Origin: Candidatus Poribacteria bacterium
Lineage (GTDB): Bacteria > Poribacteria > WGA-4E > UBA9662
DNA length: 54,052 nucleotides
Assembly: GCA_046582655.1 (NCBI GenBank)
Contig: JAYGDX010000029.1
Location: 1 to 54,052, forward strand
Direction of reading: 5' to 3'
The position numbers and the translations under genes were made by a program. This document shows positions 27,556-37,612 of this stretch, piece by piece. Each line of letters starts with the position of its first letter. Position 1 is the stretch's first letter. The notes below the pieces were generated by a model. It searched no databases. It saw only the letters and a program-made list of their open reading frames with translations, and was not told the origin of the DNA.

Positions 27556-29025
27556 TCAATAAGGTTGAATTCTCGGTGTCATCGGAGGCAGTGCTGATAC
27601 TGTGGCATCAAAGCTTTTTTGTATCAACGCCCATTTTTGGTCTTGCCAGCTTGGATCGGTTGAGAGGTCTTGGTACTCCCACGGATCCTGATCTAGATTG
27701 TAAAGTTCGTAAATCCCTTTGTGATGGTAGTTGACCAACTTCCACTGTCGGTTACGATACATGGTTGCCAGAGTTTGGTCTGGGTAATCAATAGCCCCAT
27801 AAAATTCACAACGTACACTATCTCTATGTTCTGTTGTCTTTTCGGTTAATAGCTTATGGAGAGATTGACCTTGTACGTAGTAGGGTATTGGAAAGCCAAG
27901 ACTATCATAAAGAGTAGGCACTAAATCAACAAGTTCTACCAAAGTAGACATAATTACATCCTGTTGAAACCTCACTGGATATGAAATGATAAGCGGTACT
28001 CGCACTAGCCCTTCGTAAAAACGACACCCCTTTAGCATTAAACCGTGATCCCCCAACATCTCTCCGTGATCAGACATAAAAATGATAATGGTGTTTTGTC
28101 GTTGTCCTGTTTGATCCAGAAAATCGATTAATCGACCAAATTCGGTGTCAATTTGCTCAATCATGGCATAGTAAGCGGCTTGCACTTTCTTGTCTTGCCA
28201 TTGTTCTGGTAAATTTGGCTCTGATTGAAAGTCAATCCCTGCCTTCACCAACTTCTGCTGGTGTGGCAAATCGGTTGACCGAAAGTTCGCACCTGGTAAT
28301 TGTACCGGATCGTATCGCTGATAATATGACAACGGTGCATCAAAAGGCGGATGAGGATCAAAAGGATTTACTGACAAAAACCACGGTTGCTCTGTTGATC
28401 GGTTCTTTTGTATAAACTCAATAGCTTTTTCGGTGCACCAGTAGGTTTGGTGCAGATGAGATGGGATATTATCCTGATTGACCGACGGTTCACGCAACCC
28501 TCCAAAACTTTGTCGATGCGCACCATCACGATAATTGGAGGCTTTGACAGGTGTTTGCATCAGATTACCTGGATTTACACCTTGTTGTCGTAACCACTCA
28601 GCATAGTCATGCCCAAATACATTTGGACCTTTGTGGTCGTGGCTATATTGAAGATACCTATATCCGTCATCGACCCGCTTTTCCTGTCCTAGTGCAGCAC
28701 TCGACAAATGCAGTTTTCCCACCAACCCACAATCGTAACCAACTTGCGATAAAACATGCGGAATAAGTCGATCTTCATAATGTGATGGAAACTGCTCAAT
28801 GCCATTCCCATTTACAGCTAAAGCTGATGGATACATACCCGTCAAAAAGCTGGCACGACTAGGTGTACATATTGGAGACTGGCAATAGGCATGAGTAAAG
28901 GAAACACCAGTAGATGCAAATTCATCCAAGCGAGGGGTTCGAATGTGGTAATTGCCGAGTGCTGCGATAGTATCAAAACGTTGTTGATCGGTACAATACC
29001 AAAGGATGTTGGGTCTCTGCATCAT
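27556..29025 (-). CDS. sulfatase (Cys-type, family S1)
   Basis: RPNIL..TDQQR, CTPSRASFLTG, GKLHL, DPHPPF, SDHGEMLGDHG. Confidence 0.95.
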   Translation of the reverse strand: MMQRPNILWYCTDQQRFDTIAALGNYHIRTPRLDEFASTGVSFTHAYCQSPICTPSRASFLTGMYPSALAVNGNGIEQFPSHYEDRLIPHVLSQVGYDCGLVGKLHLSSAALGQEKRVDDGYRYLQYSHDHKGPNVFGHDYAEWLRQQGVNPGNLMQTPVKASNYRDGAHRQSFGGLREPSVNQDNIPSHLHQTYWCTEKAIEFIQKNRSTEQPWFLSVNPFDPHPPFDAPLSYYQRYDPVQLPGANFRSTDLPHQQKLVKAGIDFQSEPNLPEQWQDKKVQAAYYAMIEQIDTEFGRLIDFLDQTGQRQNTIIIFMSDHGEMLGDHGLMLKGCRFYEGLVRVPLIISYPVRFQQDVIMSTLVELVDLVPTLYDSLGFPIPYYVQGQSLHKLLTEKTTEHRDSVRCEFYGAIDYPDQTLATMYRNRQWKLVNYHHKGIYELYNLDQDPWEYQDLSTDPSWQDQKWALIQKSFDATVSALPPMTPRIQPY

Positions 29026-29299
29026 TAGATTTGATAGTCAATACTAATTTAATCAATACGACTGAGGCTAGATTTTTATCAATGAACGCATTTTTTTGGC
29101 GTCTGGTAAGCCCAGACCATTGATAAAACAGATTCTTTGCGTAGTTTTAACTTTTAGCAAATATATATGAGTTAAAGCCCATATTCGCTTCGGCAGTCGT
29201 CACAGACCTGAGCCTAACGAACGGTGCCTCCGATTTCAAGTTCGTTATAGTGATGAACGAAACACCCTAATTTCTGAACCAAATCTGCCGATGGAAAGC

Positions 29300-30140
29300 T
29301 TATGTATCTGGTGCTGATTCTAGGCTAACGACATCTCTGGCCAGATGCGGGAAAAGCTGATCATGGATTTCTATCGGCCGGCGAAGGTGAATCATTCGAC
29401 TCTCATCAGCTGTATCTATCATTGGTGGATAATACATCCCTGCTCCCGTTACATAGTTGTTACTGCCTAGCGTATGTACACGCATATATTGACAGACTTG
29501 TTCCTGCTCTTCCGGCGTTTTAGGACTAATGGTACAGTTCATGGTAAACATACGTCTGCGATCACCACCACCGAATGAAGCGTGGTACAAATTGTGATTA
29601 AAGATCACAACATCGCCGGGATTAGTTTCAAGGGCTAAGTTACCAGGAAACTCCGCGGGTGGTATGCCGAAAAGCTCAAGTGAATTACTGACGTCTATTT
29701 TTTCCTTACGAACAAAATGATCTGGTCGATGGGTACCGGGGATACAGCGAAGTGCGCCTGTATCCCGAGTCAGTGGATCTAGATAAAAGGCAATTTTGGC
29801 TGCCAAAAGGTATCCCCACCATCCGTCGGAATGCCAGCCAGTATCTCCAACATAATAGTTCCCATCACCACCACAGTAATAAAAATCCTCACCCAACCCC
29901 CCCAATCAGGCCAAGTATCAGAGGGTGATCAAAAATAGCACTCATTTCCGGATGATGTTCAATTGGACCTGGGAACATAATGCGACTTGCCCTATCAGGA
30001 TCCCTACCACCACACCAGTTTTGAATTGACTATTCAAATCCTTCAATGATTTTCTCAGTTTCGTCCGGTGAAAATAGCTGCCGAATCAGCAAGTAACCGA
30101 AAGTGTTGAAGAAGTTAACCTGCCCCTGACTAGGTATCAT
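29300..30140 (-). pseudogene. PhyH-family dioxygenase with in-frame TAG and frameshift
   Basis: Start 30140 MIPSQGQVNFFNTFGYL; TAG at codon 37 (30030-30032); shift at the G7 run near 29900; WHSD, IPGTH, PGDVVIF...YHAS. Confidence 0.82.
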
Positions 30141-30325
30141 TTGTTTTTTCCTTTTAAAAAACAGTTATTATGACAGAATTTTGGCATATTCGCAACCACA
30201 CCATTGCTATTTGTACTAAATAACGACTTATACAAATCGTTTTGAGTAATAGAAATGGAGAAGCTAAAATTTGTTAAATCAACCACAATTAGCAAAGGAA
30301 GCATCCCTATCAAGTGGTATGATAC

Positions 30326-31010
30326 ATGACACCAACACTTTTCTCTAGAACAAATTTCTTATTTGAATTTAGAAGATTTGTTCTGTATATCATTTGTCAT
30401 CATTAATGACTGATACTATCACAGATTGGGTCTCGCCCCAATCCCAAAAGGCGTTTCGCCGATAGTAAAGGACTATTAGCTGGGTTGAAGAGATGCTTAG
30501 CATTGACAATGAAAGGCATGGCACAGTCTGGTAAACAAAGGAGGACCCCCATCTATATCCCACATCTGGTAGAGAGAAGTTGTTTTAACCGACGGCGTAG
30601 AAACTTAATGGAAAGTGACTGACTTACTGAGGCAAAAACTGCTGGAAGAACTGCCAATCGGCCAGACTCTCCTCGTTGACAGGTTACCCAATATGTGATT
30701 TCAAACGAGCAGGAAGGTAAGCCTGAGCCTTTAACGTAGGTTGAAATAAAATCACCCAACCTGCCTGAAATCTAATTCAAACCAGTGTGAGTGATCTATA
30801 TGGGTTCTTAGCTCCTTGCTGGAAGGGAGTGCTACGTTACGCCGTTTTGGAAGCTGTTCCTTTCCTCTTGAAAATTATCCGACGCTTTGTATGTACCGCC
30901 GTGACAGTTAGGGTAGTATTAAGTACCAGAAGCCTTCCAATGGGCCATAAAAGTTACCGATTGTGTCAACGAACGATTTTCTGTTGAGAATGTACAAGCC
31001 CTTCGCAACA
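30326..31010 (+). mobile_element. degraded IS982-family transposase
   Basis: Fragments LEDLFCISFVIIND*Y, RPNPKRRFADS, PHLVERSCFNRRRRNL, LLVD, LYGF; many stops and shifts. Confidence 0.72.
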
Positions 31011-31084
31011 CTTGGGGAATTTCCAAAACCCTGATAACTTTTCTCCTTCATTATTATCTCAATAGATAGCAAATACTGTTACTC

Positions 31085-31867
31085 TTAGTGCTCTAGTACC
31101 ATCGCAAAAGCCCGACGCCAGTCGATTCCACCATTACGATTGGCAAACGGGGACGCGGGGCTCGGGTGCGGCACCCAAGCTACCTCCAGGTTCTCAAAGA
31201 GAGCAACCGCCTGTCGCTGAGCGTAGCGGCCTACACCAATAACTCGGTTGATGCTCATCGCATCAACGACCACCAACAAATGATCGTTGCAGATTGCTTT
31301 CAGGCGTTGTACTGCCGCGCCAGTTAGCTTATCCGGCGTAATGTTCTTACCTGCTTGGTTGAACATCCAAAGCGGGCAGTGATTCACAACATATATCTTC
31401 TGGCTGATGGACTCGGCCGACCCATATCGCTGAGCCAAAAAAGACCAAATTCGACGGCCACTGATTTCTGGTCTGGGGCATTTCAGACCCAACACCGGTC
31501 TCTTGGGGTGTATTGGAGATGGCTGCTGAACCTCCAAACCTGTGATTTTGAGCAAATTTCGTACTTGTTCAGGACAGCCAAATGGCACGCCAGTGTTGCC
31601 CATACCATGACCGGGATTCATGCCGACTAACAGTGTTGTTGCCCCATTGCCAGAGAATCGACGGATCCATTCGGCGTGAGGCGCCCATGCATACTCAAGT
31701 GGGTTGTAGATCCAATCAATTTGTTTGCAGTCTCTTAGGAGTGAAGGCATTAGTTCAGAAGCCGCATCCCGTAGCTGCTCGGCTGCATCCCGTACTGCTA
31801 GAATATTGCATACGTTTATTTGCTGGTTGGCCTGTTGGTATAATTGTGGATTATCTTCAGTCGTCAT
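31085..31867 (-). CDS. SMUG1-like uracil-DNA glycosylase (UDG family 3)
   Basis: YNPLEYA, GMNPG.GM..TGVPFG, HPKRPVLG, EISGRRIW, NHCPL, HPSPASP. Confidence 0.92.
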   Translation of the reverse strand: MTTEDNPQLYQQANQQINVCNILAVRDAAEQLRDAASELMPSLLRDCKQIDWIYNPLEYAWAPHAEWIRRFSGNGATTLLVGMNPGHGMGNTGVPFGCPEQVRNLLKITGLEVQQPSPIHPKRPVLGLKCPRPEISGRRIWSFLAQRYGSAESISQKIYVVNHCPLWMFNQAGKNITPDKLTGAAVQRLKAICNDHLLVVVDAMSINRVIGVGRYAQRQAVALFENLEVAWVPHPSPASPFANRNGGIDWRRAFAMVLEH

Positions 31868-32229
31868 TGATCAACTATCACTCCTTCGGCAACAGTTATG
31901 TTTCTAGAAAGCGTCCTTCTTTGAGAGAAGTCATCCTTTGGCTGAGTGAATCACGTTGCATAAACCATCCTTAGCCTTTCGTTAAAACCCATATCAAAAC
32001 TACCAGCAGAAAGGCTGCACCTCTCGCTCCAGATAAATAGGACAGCGAACCACTACAACTGCGTTAACACCCTCGCCTGTGTGGATGGTGCAACGCAATG
32101 CGTCGGATTCACACTCCGTCTAAGAGTGGATTCAAAACGGTGGTGTAGAGCTAGGTTTCAATCCCATAATTGAGTATCTTTTAATTTATATATAATCCGG
32201 CTTTATTGTTCTACAACACTCAAAACCAC

Positions 32230-33016
32230 TCAGCTATATGTCTGATCACTCAAGATATGCCAAGCCAATATGATTCCGTTGAGCCTTGTTAGAACCAACT
32301 TGTGTCCATTCAACACCAACAAATTTTTGAGGCCTGGATGATATTCTTCTATGCTCCAACATAACCGACTCAGTTTGAGTCGGCTGGTTTGACTCATTTC
32401 TAAGTCATTTGGTTACCCAGTATTCAAGGCCTCCGTTTTTGGAAACAGTCTCAAATACTTTGATTAAACCATTCATTTTCAACCTGGTCAGCCAGATCCA
32501 TCCGATGTTGCCCATTGCTTTCAGGTTGTCTAAATTAGAATATCAACTGTCAAATAGAACACATGCAGGCTGAAAACCACGCTCTTTGGCCTTTTGTCGT
32601 AGAGAACGAAAATGAGCGTTTTCGCTCATTTTCGTCATTCTACTTGTCATAGTTCTCTCATAGCAAGGGAGATGACCGTCGTTCTCTATCCATAACATAG
32701 TAATCAGGTTAATGCCTTTAACCACACGCTGATGTTTACCCGACCAATGGCTGTTAACTAATTCCATTTTTAGCATAAGGTTTGTTTAGCATCGTGTCGT
32801 TTAGGACCAAACCCCCTTGCTGTCGATCGACATGGGGTTGCGCCTCATGCCACAATCTCTCTGGCTCAGGCTCTAGGCAGTACAGCAGGCAATTCCAGGT
32901 ATCATGGAAAAGGAATTGTTAGATTGTACTTTTTCAGCTTCCAGACAGCCATAACTCTTTTGGCTAGCAATTAGAAAATTGATAGAATCATATGGGTTGC
33001 ATTTTGGCAGATTCAC
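32230..33016 (-). mobile_element. degraded IS701-family transposase
   Basis: NLPKCNPYDSINFLIAS, WSGKHQRVVKGINLITMLW, AKERGFQP..VLFDS*YS..NLK; many stops and shifts. Confidence 0.85.
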
Positions 33017-33178
33017 ACCACTATTTTTATTTAGGCTAAATTAATGGATCTCCGCTTCTATCCATATTACTTGACCTATTAGATCTTTCGGATCATAATG
33101 AGGTATATTGATTTCGATAAAGATCTAAGTATGCCTGTTAAGCAACTATTTCGGGAGATATGTTAAAAATGGAGTAGT

Positions 33179-34519
33179 ATGGATAGTGTAATAATAATTA
33201 AGAGAAATTTTGCTTTTTTGTGTGGACTAATGACACTGCTATCTGACGTTGGCAATACGGTTGCCTGGCAGAACCACATAACGTCTCTGGAATTAGCAGA
33301 AGTTCAAACAAGACTGGAGAAAATTCTTCTGCAAAACATTATTCCCTTCTGGAATTCAAAGATAGTGACAATAATGGTTATCATTTAAATCATGATCAAG
33401 GAGGAAATGATCAAGGACCAAGTAACAAAGCTTTAGTTACCCAAGCACGCACGGTTTGGTTTTTTTCACGACTTTATAACAGTCCATATGGTATCAAAGA
33501 ACACTTGGTTCTTGCTGAACATGGGTTCCAATTTCTGAAAGATCATATGTGGGATAACGAATTCGGCGGTTTCTATTGGGAAGTTGATTTAGAAGGATCG
33601 GCTACAACTAAGCCACATAAACGTCTCTATGGTCAGAGTTTCGGTCTTTACGCCTTAGCTGAGTACATCCAGGCATCAAATGATCCTGATGCGGTTCATC
33701 TTGCTGATCGACTATTTCAACTCCTTGAGTTCCATGCCCACGATTCTCTTCATGGTGGGTTTAATGAATTTTTTCTGTCTAACTGGACATCACCGCCAGA
33801 GCAAATGGAAACATACATGGGAGTTACCAGTGACCTGAAATTGATGAATGCCCATTTGCACTTGATGGAATCATTTACTAGCTATTACAGAGTAAATCCC
33901 AATCCTGTTGCTCGACAGAGGCTAATTGAATTGATCCTAATTCAAAGCAATACAACATTTAGAAAAAGGGTTGGCGGTTGCACCGATAAGTACCAATCCG
34001 ACTGGACACCGATTACGGGTGCTGAGTATGACCGAATTTCTTACGGACATGATATTGAAAACATCTGGCTGCTTATCAAAGCTTGCGATGCAATTAACCT
34101 GTCACACTATTTGTTTTTAGATCTATATCAAACTATATTATGACTATACATTACAATACGGGTTTGACCATGAGAAGGGAGGATTTTACAATGCAGGTAG
34201 TTTTAACGAGCCAGCCGATCAACTGGATAAAGTTTGGTGGGTACAATCTGAAGGACTTGTTGCCAGCCTTCGCATGTATCAGTTAACAAATCAAAAAACA
34301 CACCTGACCGTTTTTCTGCAGACACTAAACTGGATCGATAATCACCAAGTAGACTGGGAAAATGGTGATTGGTATTCCAAAGTTAACGGGCAAGGAGAAA
34401 CGGCAGGAGATAAGGCTGGACACTGGAAATCGCCTTACCATAATGGTCGTGCCATGCTTGAGTGTTTAGCCATTCTATCCTCGCTTTCAAAGACGAAAGA
34501 TACCTTTCCCAGCGATTAA
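33179..34519 (+). pseudogene. AGE-family (cellobiose / N-acylglucosamine 2-epimerase) gene in three pieces
   Basis: NIIPFW, LVTQARTVWFFS, D.EFGGFYW, MNAHLHLME, SYGHDIE, KVWWVQSEG, WKSPYHNGRA; shifts near 33368 and 34140. Confidence 0.85.
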
Positions 34520-34558
34520 TCCCTCCTTTAGTTTTTAAGAAACAATTTTAGGTTGGGT

Positions 34559-35281
34559 TCAATGATCAAATAGGAAATCATTTGACCGAATCGATTTTTC
34601 CTCTCCTGGTTTATGGAAACTTATGTTAAATGCAATTGACCGTCGCTCTCCCTCTCCGTCAAACGGATACACCATATGTTCCAACCAACTTGGCCACAAA
34701 TACAAATCACCAACTACAGGTCTTACCGCCATATTTTGCGGAATCTTGAACATTGATGGACCGATGACTGGCGAGTCACCATATACAAATTGCAAATAAC
34801 CGTTTTGATTCCCAGATGCATTTCTTAAGTCCAAATCATTGGAACTCTCTTGAATAGCTGGTGGGATTTTGGTGTACAAACTACCGGAAAGTCCTTGTAG
34901 AGTCTGAGCGCCATGGTCATGAAGCGGATTGTAATCACCCGCATAGCTGTGTACAGACCACATGGTATACACATGGGCCACCTTTTTGGGTTGGCTAGTA
35001 TCCTCTGTTCTTTTATAGAAGTAATCGTAGTAGTTGAGGCCCAGACTTTGAATAATATTGATCAAAGGTGTAATTCTGTCTTCTTTCAGAGATATTTCCA
35101 GTTGTTTGCCTCTGGTAATTTGGCCAACTAACTTATGCGCATGACTTTTAGCATTTTCATCTGCGAGCATCTCATCAAGGTACTGGTTGACAGGATTAAC
35201 AATAGCTTTGCCTACACGGGTCTTGAAAATGAAGCTTTGCGTTAGGGGAATAACGTCGACTTCTAGTTGTTTTGTAGTCAA
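34559..35281 (-). CDS. putative 2OG-Fe(II) oxygenase (TIGR02466-like)
   Basis: WSV...GDYNPLHDH, LSGSLY, P..GDLYLWPSWLEHMVYPF...ERRSIAFN. Confidence 0.85.
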   Translation of the reverse strand: MTTKQLEVDVIPLTQSFIFKTRVGKAIVNPVNQYLDEMLADENAKSHAHKLVGQITRGKQLEISLKEDRITPLINIIQSLGLNYYDYFYKRTEDTSQPKKVAHVYTMWSVHSYAGDYNPLHDHGAQTLQGLSGSLYTKIPPAIQESSNDLDLRNASGNQNGYLQFVYGDSPVIGPSMFKIPQNMAVRPVVGDLYLWPSWLEHMVYPFDGEGERRSIAFNISFHKPGEEKSIRSNDFLFDH

Positions 35282-35404
35282 TTTTCTAGCCTCTCTCTTG
35301 GCTACTGAAGTAAATTTTATCCGAAGCCTTATAAGTTAGGATCTAAAGACAAGGAACATAATAAACTATGATGTTTACACAAAAACTTAACCTTAAATGC
35401 TTTT

Positions 35405-37504
35405 TTATACTTTTTTGACCACTTTGTTTATCCAGTCGAGAAACATCTCGTGTTGATCCGCTTGAAAACGATTAACGTCATTGGGTGTTAAATGTGTGAG
35501 AAAATCAGGTGAATCAACCCACTCTCGGCGGATTGATTCCACGCAATTTATGATATCATCAAAATCAGCTTCCTGATCATGCTCGGGTGAAGCGATCAGG
35601 CACGGTCGTGGTGAGATTAGACTTAGTATATCACCAAAATCGTATGGGATTTTTTCTTGATCTTCATGAAAGATGCCAAGTAAAGGTTGTAACGCGTGGT
35701 GTTCCCAAATTCGGCGAATTCCACCGGTTGGCTTAACGTCAGTATCCGTACGAAGCGGTGTGAAACCGCAAAATGATGCTACGCCGCTGATTCGATCATC
35801 TAAGGCAGCAGCGTATAATCCAACCATGCCACCCAGAGAATAACCAAGCAAATAAATATGGTTGGTATTAATTTTCGGCATTTTGCCCTTGGAACACCCC
35901 GTACCATCGATCAGGAAATCGACTGCATACTGGACATCACAAATCATCCGACCGAGTTTGGACCACTTCGGATATGCATTGTAAAACTCACTCCCCTCAA
36001 GAAGACGAAGACCAAAACCAAGTTGATCAAAGGCAAGGACAACACATCCTTGTTGGGCAATGCGATAATAGACGGTTGTTCCTTGAACACCATACCCTTC
36101 GTTATAACCGGAATGGTATGAAAAGGGATGAAGCCAGATGATAACGGGGACAGAACCTTCAGAATTCGGATTATAATACAGATTTCCTCGAACGTTACAA
36201 CCAAAATGAACTGGCAAACGGGTTGTGGTTTCGACATGCCATCTATCATGCGTCATCAGCTCAGATTCGGCTAGATTCAGAAATGATGATGCCATATTAT
36301 TTGATCTAATTTCCTTTGGTTTTTGCCCCAGTGACCACAGGATTCGTTCTAGTGGATTACCATTTGGAACCTGTAAATCTTGATCACTTAGCTGGGATTT
36401 CCATTCACGCCAATTAAAATCATGAATTAATTTTTCGCAAAAAGCGGGTTGCTTTGAATCAAGCCGGTCGAATACCAAATCGAACCAATCCATATTTTCT
36501 GCAACATGTTCTTCGGTAATAGGTGTATGTCCGCCAGAACGATAACTGAGATATAGGTTCTGAGGATAACCTAAAAACCTATACACTTTTTTACCTTCCA
36601 GATACCCTTTTTCCACGGCAAAGGTGGGCTCACACCCATCGTTGTGGGCAGTGTGGATTAAGCATAACCTAGGTGCGATCAGTGCGTACCATCCGTGGGA
36701 ATCAATTGGAAGTTGGTGTTCGCGTCCCGTATAGGATCTTAAACTTGGTAGGAACCATTCGCCGGGAAAATCCTCAGGCGTTTCCGCAAACGTATCACGT
36801 GCAGTAAAGCGATAAGGGCATGATGCGGGTGACCCGGGACTACGAGCGATAACAGCTGTAATTCGATCATCAAATGCTGCCGCAACCATTGATTGTTTTC
36901 CATAACGCGAGAATCCAATAATCCCAATTTGCTCGCTCATAACATTATACCCATATTGCGGTTCAAGCAGATAATCAAGTGATCGACTGGCCAGCCATGC
37001 TTTGGTAGAAATCTCTGTCCAGTTCACATCAGGATACTCAGCACGAAAATCGTTCCAAACACTTTCGTACCGAGGATAATCGGCTTCTTGGTGGTGACTG
37101 TCAACGCCGGGGTATAAGCAGACGAGGTATCCTCGTGATAGTGCTGCTTCCGCCCATGGTATCTGGTAATCACGAGGTTGAATCAACAAAATTGGTGCGG
37201 GAGAATGTCCAAATGGTATCCATACCCACATGTCCATGGACACCTGATTGGGTGTGTTAAAAACTAGTTGAATTCGCCTCCGGACTGAGCCATCCGTTTT
37301 CGATATTTCCTCTAGTGTTCGCGTGCCAATAATTGCCGGTATAACGTCTGGGAAATTTCCAATGAAATATTGACATATAAGACGGCGAATCTCTGATCTT
37401 CGGCGTTCCCAATCACCCGCAGTTTCGACATAAGTTCCATCAAGGAATTCCAGCAGAGGAGGCAAATCTGATCGCATATCCTGCTTCCTTTCAACATCAA
37501 CCAT
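35405..37504 (-). CDS. tandem alpha/beta hydrolase (CE15-like plus acetyl xylan esterase/DLH-like)
   Basis: GFSRYGK with AAAFDDRI and LPIDSH..ALIAPR; second elbow GYSLGG with AALDDRI and LISPRP. Confidence 0.85.
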   Translation of the reverse strand: MVDVERKQDMRSDLPPLLEFLDGTYVETAGDWERRRSEIRRLICQYFIGNFPDVIPAIIGTRTLEEISKTDGSVRRRIQLVFNTPNQVSMDMWVWIPFGHSPAPILLIQPRDYQIPWAEAALSRGYLVCLYPGVDSHHQEADYPRYESVWNDFRAEYPDVNWTEISTKAWLASRSLDYLLEPQYGYNVMSEQIGIIGFSRYGKQSMVAAAFDDRITAVIARSPGSPASCPYRFTARDTFAETPEDFPGEWFLPSLRSYTGREHQLPIDSHGWYALIAPRLCLIHTAHNDGCEPTFAVEKGYLEGKKVYRFLGYPQNLYLSYRSGGHTPITEEHVAENMDWFDLVFDRLDSKQPAFCEKLIHDFNWREWKSQLSDQDLQVPNGNPLERILWSLGQKPKEIRSNNMASSFLNLAESELMTHDRWHVETTTRLPVHFGCNVRGNLYYNPNSEGSVPVIIWLHPFSYHSGYNEGYGVQGTTVYYRIAQQGCVVLAFDQLGFGLRLLEGSEFYNAYPKWSKLGRMICDVQYAVDFLIDGTGCSKGKMPKINTNHIYLLGYSLGGMVGLYAAALDDRISGVASFCGFTPLRTDTDVKPTGGIRRIWEHHALQPLLGIFHEDQEKIPYDFGDILSLISPRPCLIASPEHDQEADFDDIINCVESIRREWVDSPDFLTHLTPNDVNRFQADQHEMFLDWINKVVKKV

Positions 37505-37612
37505 AAATTTAATTTAGCTTAAACTGGGGAAGTTGAACGAGATTAAATCGAGGCACCAATGTCTCCCGAGATGTGATATAATGGCGACAAAATATTAAGT
37601 GGAACTTATTTA

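Noticed and set aside
29212..29250. attC site (GTTAGGC core on the minus strand)
   Set aside because: About 39 bp, shorter than known attC sites, with no L boxes.
30030..30032. Pyrrolysine or stop-codon readthrough in the PhyH gene
   Set aside because: The same gene also has a frameshift and lies in a decay zone; TAG is used as a normal stop elsewhere in the window.
32085..32150. c-di-GMP-I riboswitch (acgcaa...gtctaag similarity)
   Set aside because: Lacks the GGCAAAC/GNRA P2 arrangement and the spacing does not fit.
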